From the NCBI GenBank assembly GCA_038087875.1, contig JAXLNO010000600.1, positions 124,001 through 188,000 on the forward strand: a stretch of DNA of 64,000 nt, written 5' to 3'. The notes under the pieces were generated by a model. It saw nothing but the letters and a program-made list of their open reading frames with translations. It ran no database searches and was not told the origin of the DNA. Below are positions 1 to 59,955 of the stretch, piece after piece (the first letter of the stretch is position 1; every line of letters starts with the position of its first letter). Source of the DNA: Malacoraja senta (lineage: Eukaryota). The position numbers were made by a program, and so were the translations under genes.

Positions 1-1112
1 GGAGACCAAAACTGTACGCAATACTCCAGGTGTGGTCTCACCAAGACCCTGTACAACTGCAGTAGAACCTCCCTGCTCCTATACTCAAATCCTTTTGCTA
101 GAAAGCTAACATACCATTCGCTTTCTTCACTGCTTGCTGCACTTGCATGCCTACTTTCAATGACTGGTGTACCATGACACCCAGGTCTCGCTGCATCTCC
201 CCTTTTCCTAGTCGGCCACCATTTAGATAATAGTCTGCTTTCCTGTTTTTGCCACCAAAATGGATAACGTCACATTTATCCACATTATACTGCATCTGCC
301 AAACATTTGCCCACTCACCCAGCCTATCCAAGTCACCTTGCAGTCTCCTAGCATCCTCCTCACAGCTAACACTGCCCCCCAGCTTAGTGTCATCTGCAAA
401 CTTGGAGATATTGCCTTCAATTCCCTCATCCAGATCATTAATATATATTGTAAATAGCTGGGGTCCCAGCACTGAGCCTTGCGGTACCCCACTAGTCACT
501 GCCTGCCATTGTGAAAAGGACCCGTTTACTCCTACTCTTTGCTTCCTGTTTGCCAGCCAGTTCTCTATCCACATCAATACTGAACCCTCAATACCGGGTG
601 ATTTAAGTTTGTATCCTAATCTCTTATGTGGTACCTTGTCGAAAGCCTTCTGAAAGTCCAGATACAACACATCCACTGGTTCTCCCCTATCCACGCTACT
701 AGTTACATCCTTGAAAAATTCTATAAGATTCGTCAGACATGATTTACCTTTCGTAAATCCATGCTGACTTTGTCCAATGATTTCACCACTTTCCAAATGT
801 GCTGCTATCCCATCTTTAATAACTGACTCTAGCAGTTTCCCCACTACCGATGTTTGATTAACTGGTCTGTAATTCCCGGTTTTCTCTCTCCCTCCCTTCT
901 TAAAAAGTGGGGTTACGTTTGCTACCCGCCAATCCTCAGGAACTACTCCAGAATCTAAAGAGTTTTGAAAGATTATTACTAATGCATCCACTATTTCTGG
1001 AGCTACTTCCTTAAGTACTCTGGGATGCAGCCTATCTGGCCCTGGGGATTTATCAGCCTTTAATCCATTCAATTTACCCAACACCACCTCCCGACTAACC
1101 TGGATTTCACTT
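1..1112 (-). mobile_element. CR1-clade LINE (HER1-like), ORF2 reverse transcriptase fragment
   Basis: ORF 98..1087: [38 protein letters not shown]. Confidence 0.93.
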
Positions 1113-1356
1113 AATTCACTTCACTTCAATGTGATCAAGGACCCTGTTCCTGCCTTCTCCCCATATCCCCTATTTTTAAGAGCCCTATCAAGCTCTCTCT
1201 TGAAAGTATCCAGATAACCGGCCTCCTCCGCCCTCTGAGGCAGAGAATTCCATAGGCTGACTACTCTCTGTGTGAAAATGTGTTTCCTCATCGTTGTAAA
1301 TGGCTTATTTTTAAACTGTGGCCCTTGGTTCTGAACTCCCCCAACATCAGGAACAT

Positions 1357-2304
1357 AACATCAATGAATATAAGTGGGCCAGTACCTTCAGCAGCCATAC
1401 ATGCCCCCACCACCGTGTTTCACAGATGAGGTGGTATGCTTTGGATCCTGGGCAGTTCCTTCTCTCCTCCATACTTTGCTCTTGCCATCACTCTGATATA
1501 AGTTAATCTTCGTCTCATCTGTCCACAAGATCTTTTTCCAGAACTGTGGTTGTTCTTTTAAGTACTTCTTGGCAAACTGTAACCTGGCCATCCTATTTTT
1601 GCGGCTAACCAGTGGTTTGCATCTTGCAGTGTATCCTCTGTATTTCTGTTCGTGAAGTCTTCTGCGGACAGTGGTCATTGACAAATCCACACCTGACTCC
1701 TGAAGAGTGTTTCTGATCTGTCGGGCAGGTGTTTGGTTTTTCTTCTTTGTTATAGAGAGAATTCTTCTGTCATCAGCTGTGGAGGTCTTCCTTGGCCTGC
1801 CAGTCACTTTGCGACTAGTAAGCTCACCAGTGCTCTCTTTCTTCTTAATGATGTTCCAAACAGTTTATTTTGGCTGATGTCTCTAACAGTTTTATTCTTG
1901 TTTCTCAGTCTCATAATGGCTTCATTGACTTTCATTGGCACAACTTTGGTCCTCATGTTGATAAACAGCAATAAAAGTTTCCAAAGGTGATGGAAAGACT
2001 GGGTGCTGAGAGCTCTCTTATACCTGCATTAAGGAGGCAATTAAACACACCTGAGCAATTACAAACACCTGTGAAGCCATGTGTCCCAAACATTATGGTG
2101 CCCTGAAATGGGGGGACTATGTATAAACACAGCTGTAGTTTCTACATGGTGAAACCAAAATGTATAAAAATACCCTTTAATAAGATCTGACAATGTGTAC
2201 TTTAACCACATGTGATTTTTTTCTATTACAAATCTCAAATTGTGGAGTACAGAGGCAAATAAATAAATTAAGGGTCTTTGTCCAAAACATTATGGAGGGC
2301 ACTG
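1357..2304 (-). mobile_element. Tc1/mariner transposon, truncated (one TIR plus N-terminal half of transposase)
   Basis: GRPRKT, ARCKPL, WTDETK and VKHGGG motifs in ORF 1388..1807; terminus CAGTGCCCTCCATAATG (minus) flanked by TA at 2305-2306; inner direct repeat near 2083-2104 (IR/DR organisation). Confidence 0.9.
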
Positions 2305-3077
2305 TAGATCGCACACCGTCCCATCCCATTGGTATGGGCTAGTAGGTTAATCAGTATGTTTAATTTGGTATGTTGTAAACATTGTCCGCAGTGTGTTGGA
2401 TAGTGCTAATGTACGGGGTGATCGCTGGTTATCACAGACTCGGTGGGCTGAAGGGCCTGTATCTCTAAAGTCTAAAGTAAATGGGAAACCATAAACAGGA
2501 TAAGAAAGTATTTTGGAAAAATTAAACCTCTCAGTTCCAGTGAGCGATCCTCACCGTGAAATGTCAACTTTGCTCTTTCTCGAAAAAAAGTCACAAAGTG
2601 CTGGGAGTAACTCAGCGGGTCAGGCACATCTCGAGTACATGGATAGGTGACGTTTCACAGAGTGCTGGAGTAACTCAGCGGCTCAGGCAGCATCTGTGGA
2701 GAACATGGATAGGTGACGTTTCAGTTTGTAATCCTTCAGAAGGATCTGAGTTTTACAAAGTGTCTGACCCAAAACGTTACCTACCAATGTTCTCTAGAGA
2801 TGCTGCCTGACCTGCTGAATGTTTTTTTTTCAAATATCTGAAGGCGTGAGGAGGTTAGTGGCCAGGGAGAGGTGATAACAATTGTCTAGAGGTGATACGA
2901 AGGAAAGATTGATTACTGAATGGTAGATGTTGAAGAGAAGGATGTTTTGGAAGTGTAACATAACCAGAACTAAGAGAGTATACTGAAAAATGCTGGGCTG
3001 GTGGACACTTTAGGCATTTGGGAGCTGAAATCTTTTTGAACTATCGTCTGGGTTACATTTGAACAACTGGAGACCAT

Positions 3078-3590
3078 TTGTTCTTGCTATTGAGGGAGTG
3101 CAGCTTAGGTTCACAAGATTAATTCCTGGAATGGCGGGACTGTCATATGCTGAGAGAATGGAGCGGATGGGCTTGTGTACTTTAGAATTTAGATGGATGA
3201 GAGGGGAACTTATTGAAACATTTAAGATTATTAAGGGTTTGGACATGCTAGAGGCAGGAAATGTTCCCAATTTTGGGGGAGTCCAGAACCAAGGGGCCAC
3301 AGTTTAAGAATAAGGGGTAAGCCATTTAGAATGGAGATGAGGAAACACTTTTTCACACAGAGTTGTGAGTCTGTGGAATTCTCTGCCTCAGAGGGCGGTG
3401 GAGGCCAGTTCTCTGGATACTTTCAATAGAGAGCTTGATAGGGCTCTTAAAGATAGCGGAGTCAGGGGATATGGGGAGAAGGCAGGAATGGGGTACTGAT
3501 TGTGGATGATCAGCCATGATCACATTGAATTGCGGTGCTGGCTCGAAGGGCCGAATGGCCTACTCCTGCACCTATTGTCTATTGTCTATT
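3078..3590 (+). mobile_element. CR1 LINE 3' end with (CTATTGT)n tail
   Basis: LAIEGVQ...GELIETFKI peptide; gggccgaatggcct 3' motif and tail. Confidence 0.85.
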
Positions 3591-3842
3591 TGGTCCTGGA
3601 GTTTAATGACTGCTTGGTCTTTACACGTGGCAATAAACTGAACTGAACACTACAATTAATGGCAATCGTCTCACCTTTCCCCACAGTCCTGCCAGTCACT
3701 CTCTTTTAATTATTTATCCAGCTCTTCTTGGTAAATTAAATCTCATGCACCATACGCCAGATTGTGTTAACTAGATAACTTTAGGACGACACGGTGGTGC
3801 AGCAGGTAGAGCCTCTGCCTCATAGCGCCACGGACCCAGGCT

Positions 3843-6298
3843 CATAGAAACATAGAAACATAGAAAATAGGTGCAGGAGTAGGCCATTCGGCCCTTCGAG
3901 CCTGCACCGCCATTCAATATGATCATGGCTGATCATCCAACTCAGTATCCTGTACCTGCCTTCTCTCCATACCCCCTGATCCCTTTAGCCACAAGGGCCA
4001 CATCTAACTCCCTCTTAAATATAGGGAGGTTTCACGGCAGTCGGGTCACGACCCATGACCCGTACTGTTGCTACGCTACGCCAAATGGATTACACGCGGT
4101 GAACTGCAGGTAAGTACTTACCATTGTTTCCAGCGTAGCGGGCCTGTTAAAACGCGCCGAAATTGTCAATTTTTGCGCTGTGAATAATTATGGAAATCGG
4201 GATAAGCGTGCGAGACATTTAGCCTACTTAAGAATTCAAAAAGTGAGGAGAAATGACGGCAGATAGAAGCGAGAGCTGAAGGGACAACAACAGCCAAAGT
4301 GCTTGGCGAACATTGGCCGTTTGCTCACTGCATTTCATCAACTAAGGCATTATTTGTGTTTTTTCTTGATTCCTTTGGCATATAAAAAGTTTCAGAAGGG
4401 ATAAATCTGGCTGTAAAATTTTAAAATCGCCCATGGTTCTCAATTGGATTTTTACATACAAAACGAAAACGCCTTTGAAGCAAAATTTACAACCAGATTT
4501 ATCACTTCTGAGACTTTTAGATACCAAGGGAATCAAGAAAAAAAACAAATAATGCCTTACTGTTGATGAAATGCAGTGAGCAAACGCGATAAATCCCAAT
4601 ATTTTCAATTCCTATATCTGCACGGCCAATGTTCACCAAGCACTTTAGCTGCTGTTGTCCCTTCAGCTCTCGCTTCTCTTTACCTTCATTTCGCTTCACT
4701 TTTGGAATTCTGAAGTTGGGTACACGTCTCTCACACTTACCCCGACTTCCACAATTTTTTACAGCGAAGAAATTCAACATTTTGGCGGTTTTTAACAGGT
4801 AGGAAAGTACGCGTTTCTAGCATTAATAACATATACCGGAAGTTACGTATGTCCTCCAGATGGATTAAGTGGCTCCGTGCGTCAAGCCCTATGACCCAGT
4901 GACCTTACGTGCAACCCCCCTATAGCCAATGAACTGGCCTCAACTACCTTCTGTGGCAGAGAATTCCACAGATTCACCACTCTCTGTGTAAAAAATGATT
5001 TTCTCATCTCGGTCCTAAAAGACTTCCCCCTTATCCTTAAACTGTGACCCCTTGTTCTGGACTTCCCCAACATCGGGAATAATCTTCCTGCATCTAGCCT
5101 GTCCAACCCCTTAAGAATTTTGTAAGTTTCTATAATCTCAATCTTCTAAATTCTAGCGAGTACAAGCCGAGTCTATCCAGTCTTTCTTCATATGAAAGTC
5201 CTGCCATCCCAGGAATCAGTCTGGTGAACCTTCTCTGTACTCCCTCTATGGCAAGAATGTCTTTCCTCAGATTAGGAGACCAAAACTGTACGCAATACTC
5301 TAGGTGTGGTCTCACCAAGACCCTGTACAACTGCAGTAGAATCTCCCTGCTGTTATACTCAAATCCTTTTGCTATGAATGCTAACATACCTTTCGCTTTC
5401 TTCACTGCCTGCTGCACCTGCATGCCTACTTTCAATGACTGGTGTACCACGACACCCAGATCTCGTTGCATCTCCCCTTTTCCTAATCGGCCACCATTCA
5501 GATAATAGTCTACTTTCCTGTTTTTGCCACAAAAGTGGATAACCTCACATTTATCCACATTATACTGCATCTGCCGTGCATTTGCCCACTCACCCAACCT
5601 ATCCGTCACCTTGCAGCCTCCTAGCATCCTCCTCACAGCTAATACTGCCCCCCAGCTTCGTGTCATCCGCAAACCTTGAGATGTTGCATTCAATTCCCTC
5701 ATCCAGATCATTAATATATATTGTAAATAGCTGTGGTCCCAGCACTGAGCCTTGCTGTACCCCACTAGTCACTGCCTGCTATTCTGAAAAGGACCCGTTT
5801 ACTCCTACTCTTTGCTTCCTGTCTGCCAGCCAGTTCTCTATCCACATCAATACTGAACCCCCAATACCGTGTGCTTTAAGTTTGCATACTAATCTCTTAT
5901 GTGGCACCTTGTCGAAAGCCTTCTGAAAGTCCAGATATAACACATCCACTGGTTCTCCCTTATCCACTCTACTAGTTACATCCTCGAAAAATTCTATAAG
6001 ATTCGTCAGACATGATTTACCTTTCATAAATCCATGCTGACTTTGTCCAATGAATTCACCACTTTCCAAATGTGCTGCTATCCCATCTTTAATAACTGAC
6101 TCTAGCATTTTCCCCACTACCGATGTTAGACTAACTGGTCTGTAATTCCCCGTTTTCTCTCTCCCTCCCTTTTTATAAAGTGGGGTTACATTAGCTACCC
6201 TCCAATCCTCAGGAACTACTCCAGAATCTAAAGAGTTTTGAAAATGTATCACTAATGCATCCACTATTTCTGGGGCTGCTTCCTTAAGTACTCTGGGC
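3843..6298 (-). mobile_element. CR1 LINE 3' half with (TTTCTATG)n tail, split by a DNA element at 4023-4921
   Basis: ORFs 5779..6441, 5130..5765 and 4882..5106 encode RT and C-terminal segments with frameshifts; sequence resumes exactly across the insertion. Confidence 0.9.
4023..4921. mobile_element. Non-autonomous fold-back DNA transposon
   Basis: Termini AGGGAGGTTTCACG / CGTGCAACCCCCCT; inserted in CR1 site ttaaatATagcc; long internal inverted arms. Confidence 0.8.
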
Positions 6299-6539
6299 TC
6301 GATGCTGTCTGTGTGTGGAGTTTGCACGTACTCCCTGTGACCGTGTGGGTTTTCTACGGGTGCTCCTGTTTCCTCCCACATCCCAAAGACTTGCGGGTTT
6401 GTCCCTTGTGTGCAGGGAGTGGATGAGGAAGTGGGAACCACGTCGTACGATGATGAGTGGGAACGTTTGGGTTTTGTCCCCAGTGAAATGGAAGTAACTT
6501 CAGTAAATAGCTACAGGGTTATGTGTAAAATCAATTACT

Positions 6540-7450
6540 TTAGTTTGTTTAGAGATACAACGTGGAAACAGGCCCATTGGCGCACCGAGTCCTCGCCGAC
6601 CAGCGATCGCCCGTACACTCCAGGAATAATTCTATAGCTTTACAGAAACCAATTAACCTGCAAACCTGCACGTCTTTGGAGTGTACGAGGAAACCGGAGC
6701 ACCCGGAGAAAACCCACACTGTCACAGGGAGAATGCACAGACTCCGTACAGACAGACAATAGACAATAGGTGCAGGAGTAAGCCATTCGGCCCTTCGAGC
6801 CAGCACCGCCATTCAATGTGATCATGGCTGATCATCCCCAATCAGTACCCCATTCCTGCCTTCACCCCATATCCCCTGTCTCCACTAGCTTTGAGATCCC
6901 TATCTAGCTCTCTCTTGGAAGTATCCAGAGAACCGGTACGGTCTCCACCGCCCTCTGAGGCAGAGAATTCCACACTCACAAATCACTGTGAGAAAAAGTG
7001 TTTCCTCTGATCTAAATGGCTTGCTCCTTATTCTTAAACTGTGGCCCCTTGGTTCTGGACTCCCCCAACATCGGAACATGTTCCTGCCTCCAGCATGTCC
7101 AATCCTTTAATAATCTTATATGTTTCAATAAGATATCCCCTCATTCTTCTAAATTCCTGAGTATACAAGCCCAGCCATTCTATCGACAGTCCCACCATCC
7201 CGGGGATTAACCTTGTAAACCTCCCTCAATAGCAAGAATGTCCTTCGTCAAATTAGGGGACCAAAACTGTACACAATACTCCAGGTGTGGCCTCACTAGG
7301 GCCCTGTACAACTGCAGAAGGACCTCTTTGCTCCTATATTCGATTCCTCTTGTTATAAAGGCCAACATGCCATTTGCTTTCTTCACTGCCTGCTGTACCT
7401 GGGTCTCTGGTGCTGTGAGGCAGCAGCTCTACCGCTGAGCCACCGTGCCG
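6540..7450 (-). mobile_element. V-SINE interrupted by a CR1 3' fragment (about 6755-7400)
   Basis: SINE body at 6540-6755 and tRNA-like head at 7400-7450 flank CR1 sequence. Confidence 0.75.
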
Positions 7451-7532
7451 CCGTGGATGGTGTGATGGATCGGTGATGTTGAGGCCGGAGCCTTCATTGT
7501 TTTGACATTCTTGAATTCATTTTGTGTTTCAG

Positions 7533-7602
7533 GTAAACCCCAGTGTATTGATGGGAGGATTACCTGTCCGTTAGAGGTTCGTCTGGCCAGCTTGCTGCCA
7601 GT

Positions 7603-7606
<4 letters not shown>
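7533..7606 (+). CDS. MAP3K2: MAP3K2 start exon: 5' UTR plus ATG-G (coding 7603-7606)
   Basis: ttttgtgtttcAG acceptor; gccagtATGG then GTgagg donor. Supplies the ATG G needed to complete M-D with the next exon, which starts AT GAG. Confidence 0.75.
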
Positions 7607-53519
<45,913 letters not shown>

Positions 53520-53794
53520 CGGCCCACCTCGACATCTGACGCGTTCGTTTTTTCTATCTGATTGCACTTTTACCGTATAATTTTGGTGATTCTAGGTGGT
53601 TCCTAGGGTGTAATTTATACTTCAAGTATTTATAATGAGATTTTTTTGCATTCCCGCAAAGGGGAACGATCGGAAGATTTTTTACAGTATGTTCACACGG
53701 TACTCTGATGTTCAAGGTAAAGCACTTTATTACATAACTCATTCCTGATCACTAATCGCCAGGTTCAGTGGCAACCCCCTCTTTCCCTCACGAA

Positions 53795-54442
53795 AGGGCC
53801 TGTCCCGCTTGCGCGATTTTTTTTCGGCGACTTGCCGGCACCCGTCATCACTCGCAGCAGGTTGCCGAACATTCTCACCATGTTGAAAATCCAGCGGCAA
53901 CCAGAAAAAAGGTACGACTCTTTGAGCGACCACTCACGTCTTTGGGCGACTACTCACGACCAAACGGATATGAACAGAAATTTTCCACATGTTGAAAATC
54001 CAGCGGCGACCAGAAAAAGGCACGACTCTTTGGTCGACTACACACGGCCATACGTCGTGAGTAGTTAAGAATAAGGGGTAAGCCATTTAGAATGGAGACG
54101 AGGATACACTTTTTCTCACAGAAAGTTGTGAGTCTGGAATTCTCTGCCTCAGACGCCGGTGGAGGCCGGTTCTCTGGATACTTTCAAGAGGATATGGGGA
54201 GAAGGCAGGAACGGGGTACTGATTGGGGATGATCAGCCATGATCACATTGAAAGGCGATGCTGGCTCGAAGGGCCGAATGGCCTACTCTGCACCTCTTGT
54301 CTATTGTCTAGTGTCAAAAGAGTCGTACCTTTTTCTGGTCGCCGCTGGATTTTCAACATGTTGGAAATTTTCGGCAACCTGCTGCAACTAATGACGGGTG
54401 CCGGCAAGTCGCCTAAGAAATCGCGTAAGTGGGACAGGCCCT
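53795..54442. mobile_element. Harbinger-type MITE with nested CR1 tail (about 54065-54310), just downstream of the MAP3K2 stop
   Basis: TIR AGGGCCTGTCCCGCTTGCGCGATTT / AAATCGCGTAAGTGGGACAGGCCCT; TAA on the right, GAA on the left. Confidence 0.8.
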
Positions 54443-55197
54443 TAAGTGTAAGAGTTTATCTATCGCCTGTCGAGGATAAAGACTGAACCCCCCCCCCGAA
54501 TGTGTTTGCCCTCGGTAAGTTGCAGAGAAGAGTCTCTCCTCCATTGCTGATTAGCTGTGTACAGTTTGTCCTCTAGAATGTGTAGGAAGGAACTGCAGGT
54601 GCTGGTTTACACTGAAGGTAGACACAAAAGGCTGGAGTAACTCGGCCGGACAGGCATGTTCCCGATGTTGGGGGAGTCCAGAACCAGGGGCCACAGTTTA
54701 AGAATAAGGGGTAAGCAATTTAGTACGGAGATGAGGAAACACTTTTTCACACAGAGAGGGCTCTTAAAGATAGCGGAGTCAGGGGATATGGGGAGAAGGC
54801 AGGAACGGGGTACTGATTGTGGATGATGAGCCATGATCACATTGAATGGCAGTGCTGGCTCGAAGGGCCGAATTGGCCAAGTCCTGCACCTATTGTCTTT
54901 TGTCTATTGTCATCTCTGGAGGGAAGGAATGGGTGACTTTTCGGGTCGAGTCTGAAGAAGGGTCTCAACCTGAAACGCCCATTGCTTCCATCCAGAGATG
55001 CTGCCTGTCCCGCCGAGTTACTCCAGCATTTTGTGTCTATCTTCAGTCCTCTAGACTCTTCGCTGATCAGCTCATGTTCCAGCATTGCTGCGTAAAATTA
55101 TGGTGAGAGGGGTGAAAGGGCACGGTGTAACCAAACTATCCTTCCTCCTACTTCCACATCAGCAAGCCGCCTGCCCCAGATGAAATGGTGGAAGAAT

Positions 55198-55498
55198 GAC
55201 ACGGTGGCGCAGCGGGTACAGCGGCTGCCTCACAGCACCAGAGACCCGGGTTCCATCCGACTACGGGTGCTGTCTGTACAGAGTTTGTACGTTCTCCCCG
55301 TGACCCGCGTGGTTTGCTCCGGGTGCTCCGGTTTCCTCCCACACTCCAAAGGCGTGCAGGTTTGTAGGTTAATAGACTTCGGTAAGATTATATTTATCCC
55401 TAGTGTGTGTAGGATAGTGCTAGTGTGCGTGGTGATAGCTGATCAGCGGGGCAGTGGGCCGAAGGGCCTGTTTCCGTGCTGTGTCTCTAAAGACTAAA
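55198..55498 (+). mobile_element. V-SINE
   Basis: A box, V core, 3' gggccgaagggcctgtttcc. Confidence 0.82.
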
Positions 55499-55647
55499 AG
55501 CTAGTGTCCTCCTTGAAGGGGTGGTTGTTGATGTGGAGTCGTGTGTGGAGCCTCTCATGGGTGCACTTGTCTACAGCTCCTATCACAGGAAGCACTCCAG
55601 ACAGGCCCGTGTCTTTGCTATCTGTGTCTTTGCCCTTGCTGAGGTAA

Positions 55648-55980
55648 GACCCCTGTCTGTGTGTGGCTGTCTGTGACACAGACCCTGTCTGGCTACGGCT
55701 GTCTGTGTGTAACTGTCTGACCACGGCTGTCTGTGTGTGACTGTCTGACCATGGCTGTCTGTGTGACTGTGACCAAACTCTGACCATGGCTGTCTGTGTG
55801 ACTGTGACCAAACTCTGACTAGGGCTGTCTGTGTGTGACTGTCTGACCACGGCTGTCTGTGTGACTGTGACCAAACTCTGTCTGACCAGGGCTGTCTGTG
55901 TGTGACTGTCTGTGACACAGACTCTGTCTGGCCAGGGCTGTCTGTGTGTGACTGTCTGTGACAGACTCTGTCTGGCCAGG
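55648..55980. repeat. GT-rich degenerate tandem repeat (ggctgtctgtgtgtgactgtctgacc-like)
   Basis: Visible periodicity; repeated QSHRQPWS in translation. Confidence 0.85.
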
Positions 55981-58527
55981 CCTGGCATCTGGTCAGGTTT
56001 GCCCGTTGCACTGTCTGAGCCAAGCCTGATCATTGTCTGTTTCCTGGTGCTATCCCTCTTGCCAAATAGACATCAGTATATCCATTGCTTTTTATTTCCA
56101 GACAGATAGGAGGCGCTTTGAGGGCAGCACAGTGGCACAGTTGGTAGAGTCGTTTGTGTGGAAAAAGTCACCCCTCAGATTCCTATAAAATCTTTTCTTT
56201 AAACCTTTACTTTAAACCTATGTCCCCTGGTCTTCGATTCCCCTACTCTGGGCAAGAGACTCTGTGCATCTACCCGATCTACTCCTCTCATGCTTTTGTA
56301 TCTACAATTCTAAAAATGAGAAAATCTAGTTTTTGACTGTTTAGAGGTTCTGTCACGCCGTGCTGACACGAAACAAAATCACTGGTCACATCAAAAACGT
56401 GAGCTTTGCTGCAAAATTAACTGATGCTTTCATCTTGTTCCTTGCTGTACCAACCACAATGTTCTCTAATTCTGCTCGCCTGGAATTTAAGTTATCTGAG
56501 TTTGTTTAATCTCAGGAACCAAAAACATTAGCCCCCATCGCCACCTCAATCTAAATCAGGTGCCATTCAGTCCATGTGCAGGAAGGTACCCCAGATGCTG
56601 ATTTACACCAAAGATAGGTTTATGGATTCATACGATACGATACGATAATACTTTATTGTCAGCGAGTCTGAAATTTGTTTTGCATCACAGAAGCTCCATT
56701 TACAGCATCACAAAAAAGACAAGAGGGGCGAAAGAAGACATGCATCAAGATATCAAGACAGGATCCCAAAATACCCACATTCGACAAGACATTACATTAA
56801 CAGAAGACCATATTCATTGGCTTGGTATGAATATAAATTTCCCCAGTGTGTAGGATAGTGTTCGTGTGCACGGATTGCCGGTTGGCGTGGACTTGGTGGG
56901 CCAAAGGTCCAGTTTCCGCGCTGTGTATCTCTAAACTAAACTAAACTAAACAAATTGGCCTCCTCAGAAGGCAGTGGAGGCCAATTCACTGGATGTTTTC
57001 AAGAGAGAGTTCGATTTAACTCTTGGGGCTAACGGAATCAAGGGATATGAGTTAGATAGAGCTCTTAAAGATAGGGGATATGGGGAGAAGGCAGGAACGG
57101 GGTGTGGATGATCATATTGAATGGCGGTGCTGGCACGCAGGGCCGGATTGCCTACTCCTGCACCTATTGTCTATATTACTAAACTAAACTAAATTGACAC
57201 CATGCAAAGGAACAGAAGACTTCTAGAGTTCTATGAGCGGTATTGTTCTTCTGTGTCCTTTGTTGCTGTATAGTTCAGCTTTTAACTTCCATTTTCTATT
57301 CTTACACGGAGGCAAACTGATGATCACACGTTTCCAAATATCTCCCACAAATAATAAAACATAAAACAGTACAGCACAAGAACTTGTGCTTTGTACTTGG
57401 GCTTTGTTTAGTACGGGTGTCAGGGGTTACGGGGAGAAGGCAGGAGAAGGGGGTTTGGAGGGAGAGATGGATCAGCCATGATTGAATGGAGGAGTAGACT
57501 TGATGGGCCGAATGGCCTAATTCTGCTCCTATCACATGAACAGACTCCCCGGCCCACAATGTTTGTGCCACACAAGATGCCAAGTGAAACTAATCATAGA
57601 AACATAGAAAATAGGTGCAGGAGGAGGCTATTTGGCCCTTCGAGCCAAAGAATTGTCCAAAAAATGGTCGCATTTTGTCAATCGTTGTAACCCCCAGTAA
57701 ACAGAATTTGAACGGTTGAGGAGATAAAGTCACAGAGCATAGAAATAACCCTTGCCCAAAATGCCCCATCTATGATTGTCCCACCTGCCTGCGTTTGGCC
57801 CATATCCCTCTAAACCTGTCCTCTCATTGTCCCTGTCCAAATGTCTTTTGCAAAATATTGTTATGGTATCTGCCTCAACTACCTCCGCTGGCAGCTCGTT
57901 CCATACACCCACCACCCTCTGTGTGAAAACATTGCCCCTCAGGTTCCTATAAATCTTTCCTCACCTCTCACCTGAAACCTCCGCCTTCTGATTCTTGATT
58001 CCCGTACTCTGACTGTGTATTCACCCTATCTATGCCTCTCATGATTTCATATACCTCTATAAGATCACCCCTCAGTATCCTGCACTCCACGGAATAAACT
58101 CCCAGCCTGCTCAACCTCCCCCCCCCGTAGCTCTGACCCTCGAGTCCTGGCTACATCCTCATAAATCTTCTCTGCGGCCTTCCCAGCTTGACAACATCCT
58201 AACTCTTGCAGCAGCATTGTCCCTATAGATTGTGCACTCTGTTCGTTTTACAGCGAAACAGTCAAAGCTGCTAGACTGAGCTATTTGTAGAGGTTACACA
58301 GTGGGGCAGCGGTAGAGTTGCTGCTTTACAACGCTTGCAGCTCCAGAGACACAGGTTCGATCCCGACGACAGATGCTGTCTGTACGGAGTTTGTACGTTC
58401 ACCTGCGTGCGTTTGCTCTGAGATCTTCCCTTCCCTCCCACATTCCAAAGACGTGCAAGTTTGTAGATTAATTAGCATCGGTAAGATTGTAATAATTGTC
58501 CCTGGTGTATGATAGTCCCGCTGAGTT

Positions 58528-59120
58528 ACATAGAAATATAGAAAACAGGTGCAGGAGGAGGCCATTCGAGCCAGCACCGCCATTCATTGTGATCATGGCT
58601 GATCATCCCCAATCAATAACTCGTGCCTGCCTTCTCCCCATATCCCTTGATTCCACTAACTCCTAGAGCTCTATCTAGCTCTCTCTTAAATCTATCCAGT
58701 GACTTGGCCTCCACTGCCCTCTGTGGCAGGGAATTCCACAAATTCACAACTCTCTGGGTGAAAAAGTTTTTTCTCACCTCAGTCTTAAATGGCCTCCCCT
58801 TTATTCTAAGACTGTGGCCCCTGGTTCTGGACTCGCCCAACATTGGGAACATTTTTCCTGCATCTAGCTTGTCCAGTCCTTTTATAATTTTATATGTTTC
58901 TATAAGATCCCCCCCTCATCCTTCTAAACTCCAGTGAATACAAGCTTGGTCTTTTCAATCTTTCCTCATATGACAGTTCCGCCATCCCAGGGATCAATCT
59001 CGTGAACCTACGCTGCACTGCCTCAATCACAAGGATGTCCTTCCTCAAATTAGGAGACCAAAACTGTACACAATACTCCAGATGTGGTGTCACCAGAGCC
59101 CTATACAACTGCAGAAGAAC
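58528..59120 (-). mobile_element. CR1 LINE 3' end
   Basis: ORFs 58890..59129 and 58613..58852. Confidence 0.87.
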
Positions 59121-59672
59121 CCTACACAACTGCAGTTACTCCAGCTTTTTGTGTCTACCTAGTGTTCAAGAGCCTGTTTTTAGACCTGGAGGTGCCGGTT
59201 TTCAGGCTCCTGTGCCTCCTTCCTGATGGTAGCAGCGAGATGAGATGGGAGGCTCTGGCGTTGTGTGTTGGGGGAACTAGGGGCGATCGGCTGCAAATGT
59301 AACTGAGACGAGTCGAGAGAAGGATTTCCCGACCATCAGGACAACCCATTCCCTTCAACAAACATTCCAGTTCCCCTGGGTCACCTTGAAATGGTTGCTT
59401 CTCCATTCCCAGCAACCCTTTCCTTCCCCCTTCCACAAAAAATGTTTAATTCAAATGTTTAGATTTTAAGGCTGTTAGAAGAAATGGCACATTTTAGTAG
59501 CTGGAATGGTAACGTTTGCAATGGAGGTACGGCACAATTCTGGGGCAGAAATACTCATCCCTAGTTCACGTTGTCGTATCCCAGCACCCATTCAACCAAT
59601 GCAACGGAAAAGTGTGTGTGAGAGTGTGCGTGTTTGTGTGTGTGTGCGCGTGTGCATGTTAGCGCAGGTGTA

Positions 59673-59955
59673 GGGCGGTACGGTGGCAGAGTTGCTGCCG
59701 TCCAGCGCCAGAGACCCGGGTTCGATCCGGACTTCGGGGTGCTGTCTGTACGGAGTTTGCACGTTCTCCCTGGGTTTTCGCCGTGTGCTGCGGTTTCCTC
59801 CCACGCTCCAAAGACGTACAGGTTTGTAGGTTAATTGGCTTCGGTAAAGATTGTAAATTGTCCCTGATGTGTCGGATAGTGCCAGTGCACGGGGTGATCG
59901 CCGGTCGGCGCGGGCCGAAGGGCCTGTTTCCGTGCTGTGTATCTCCAAACTAAAC
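59673..59955 (+). mobile_element. V-SINE
   Basis: B box GGTTCGATCC, V core. Confidence 0.82.

Noticed and set aside
55494..56033. 179-aa and 146-aa repetitive ORFs
   Set aside because: Translations of a GT-rich tandem repeat.
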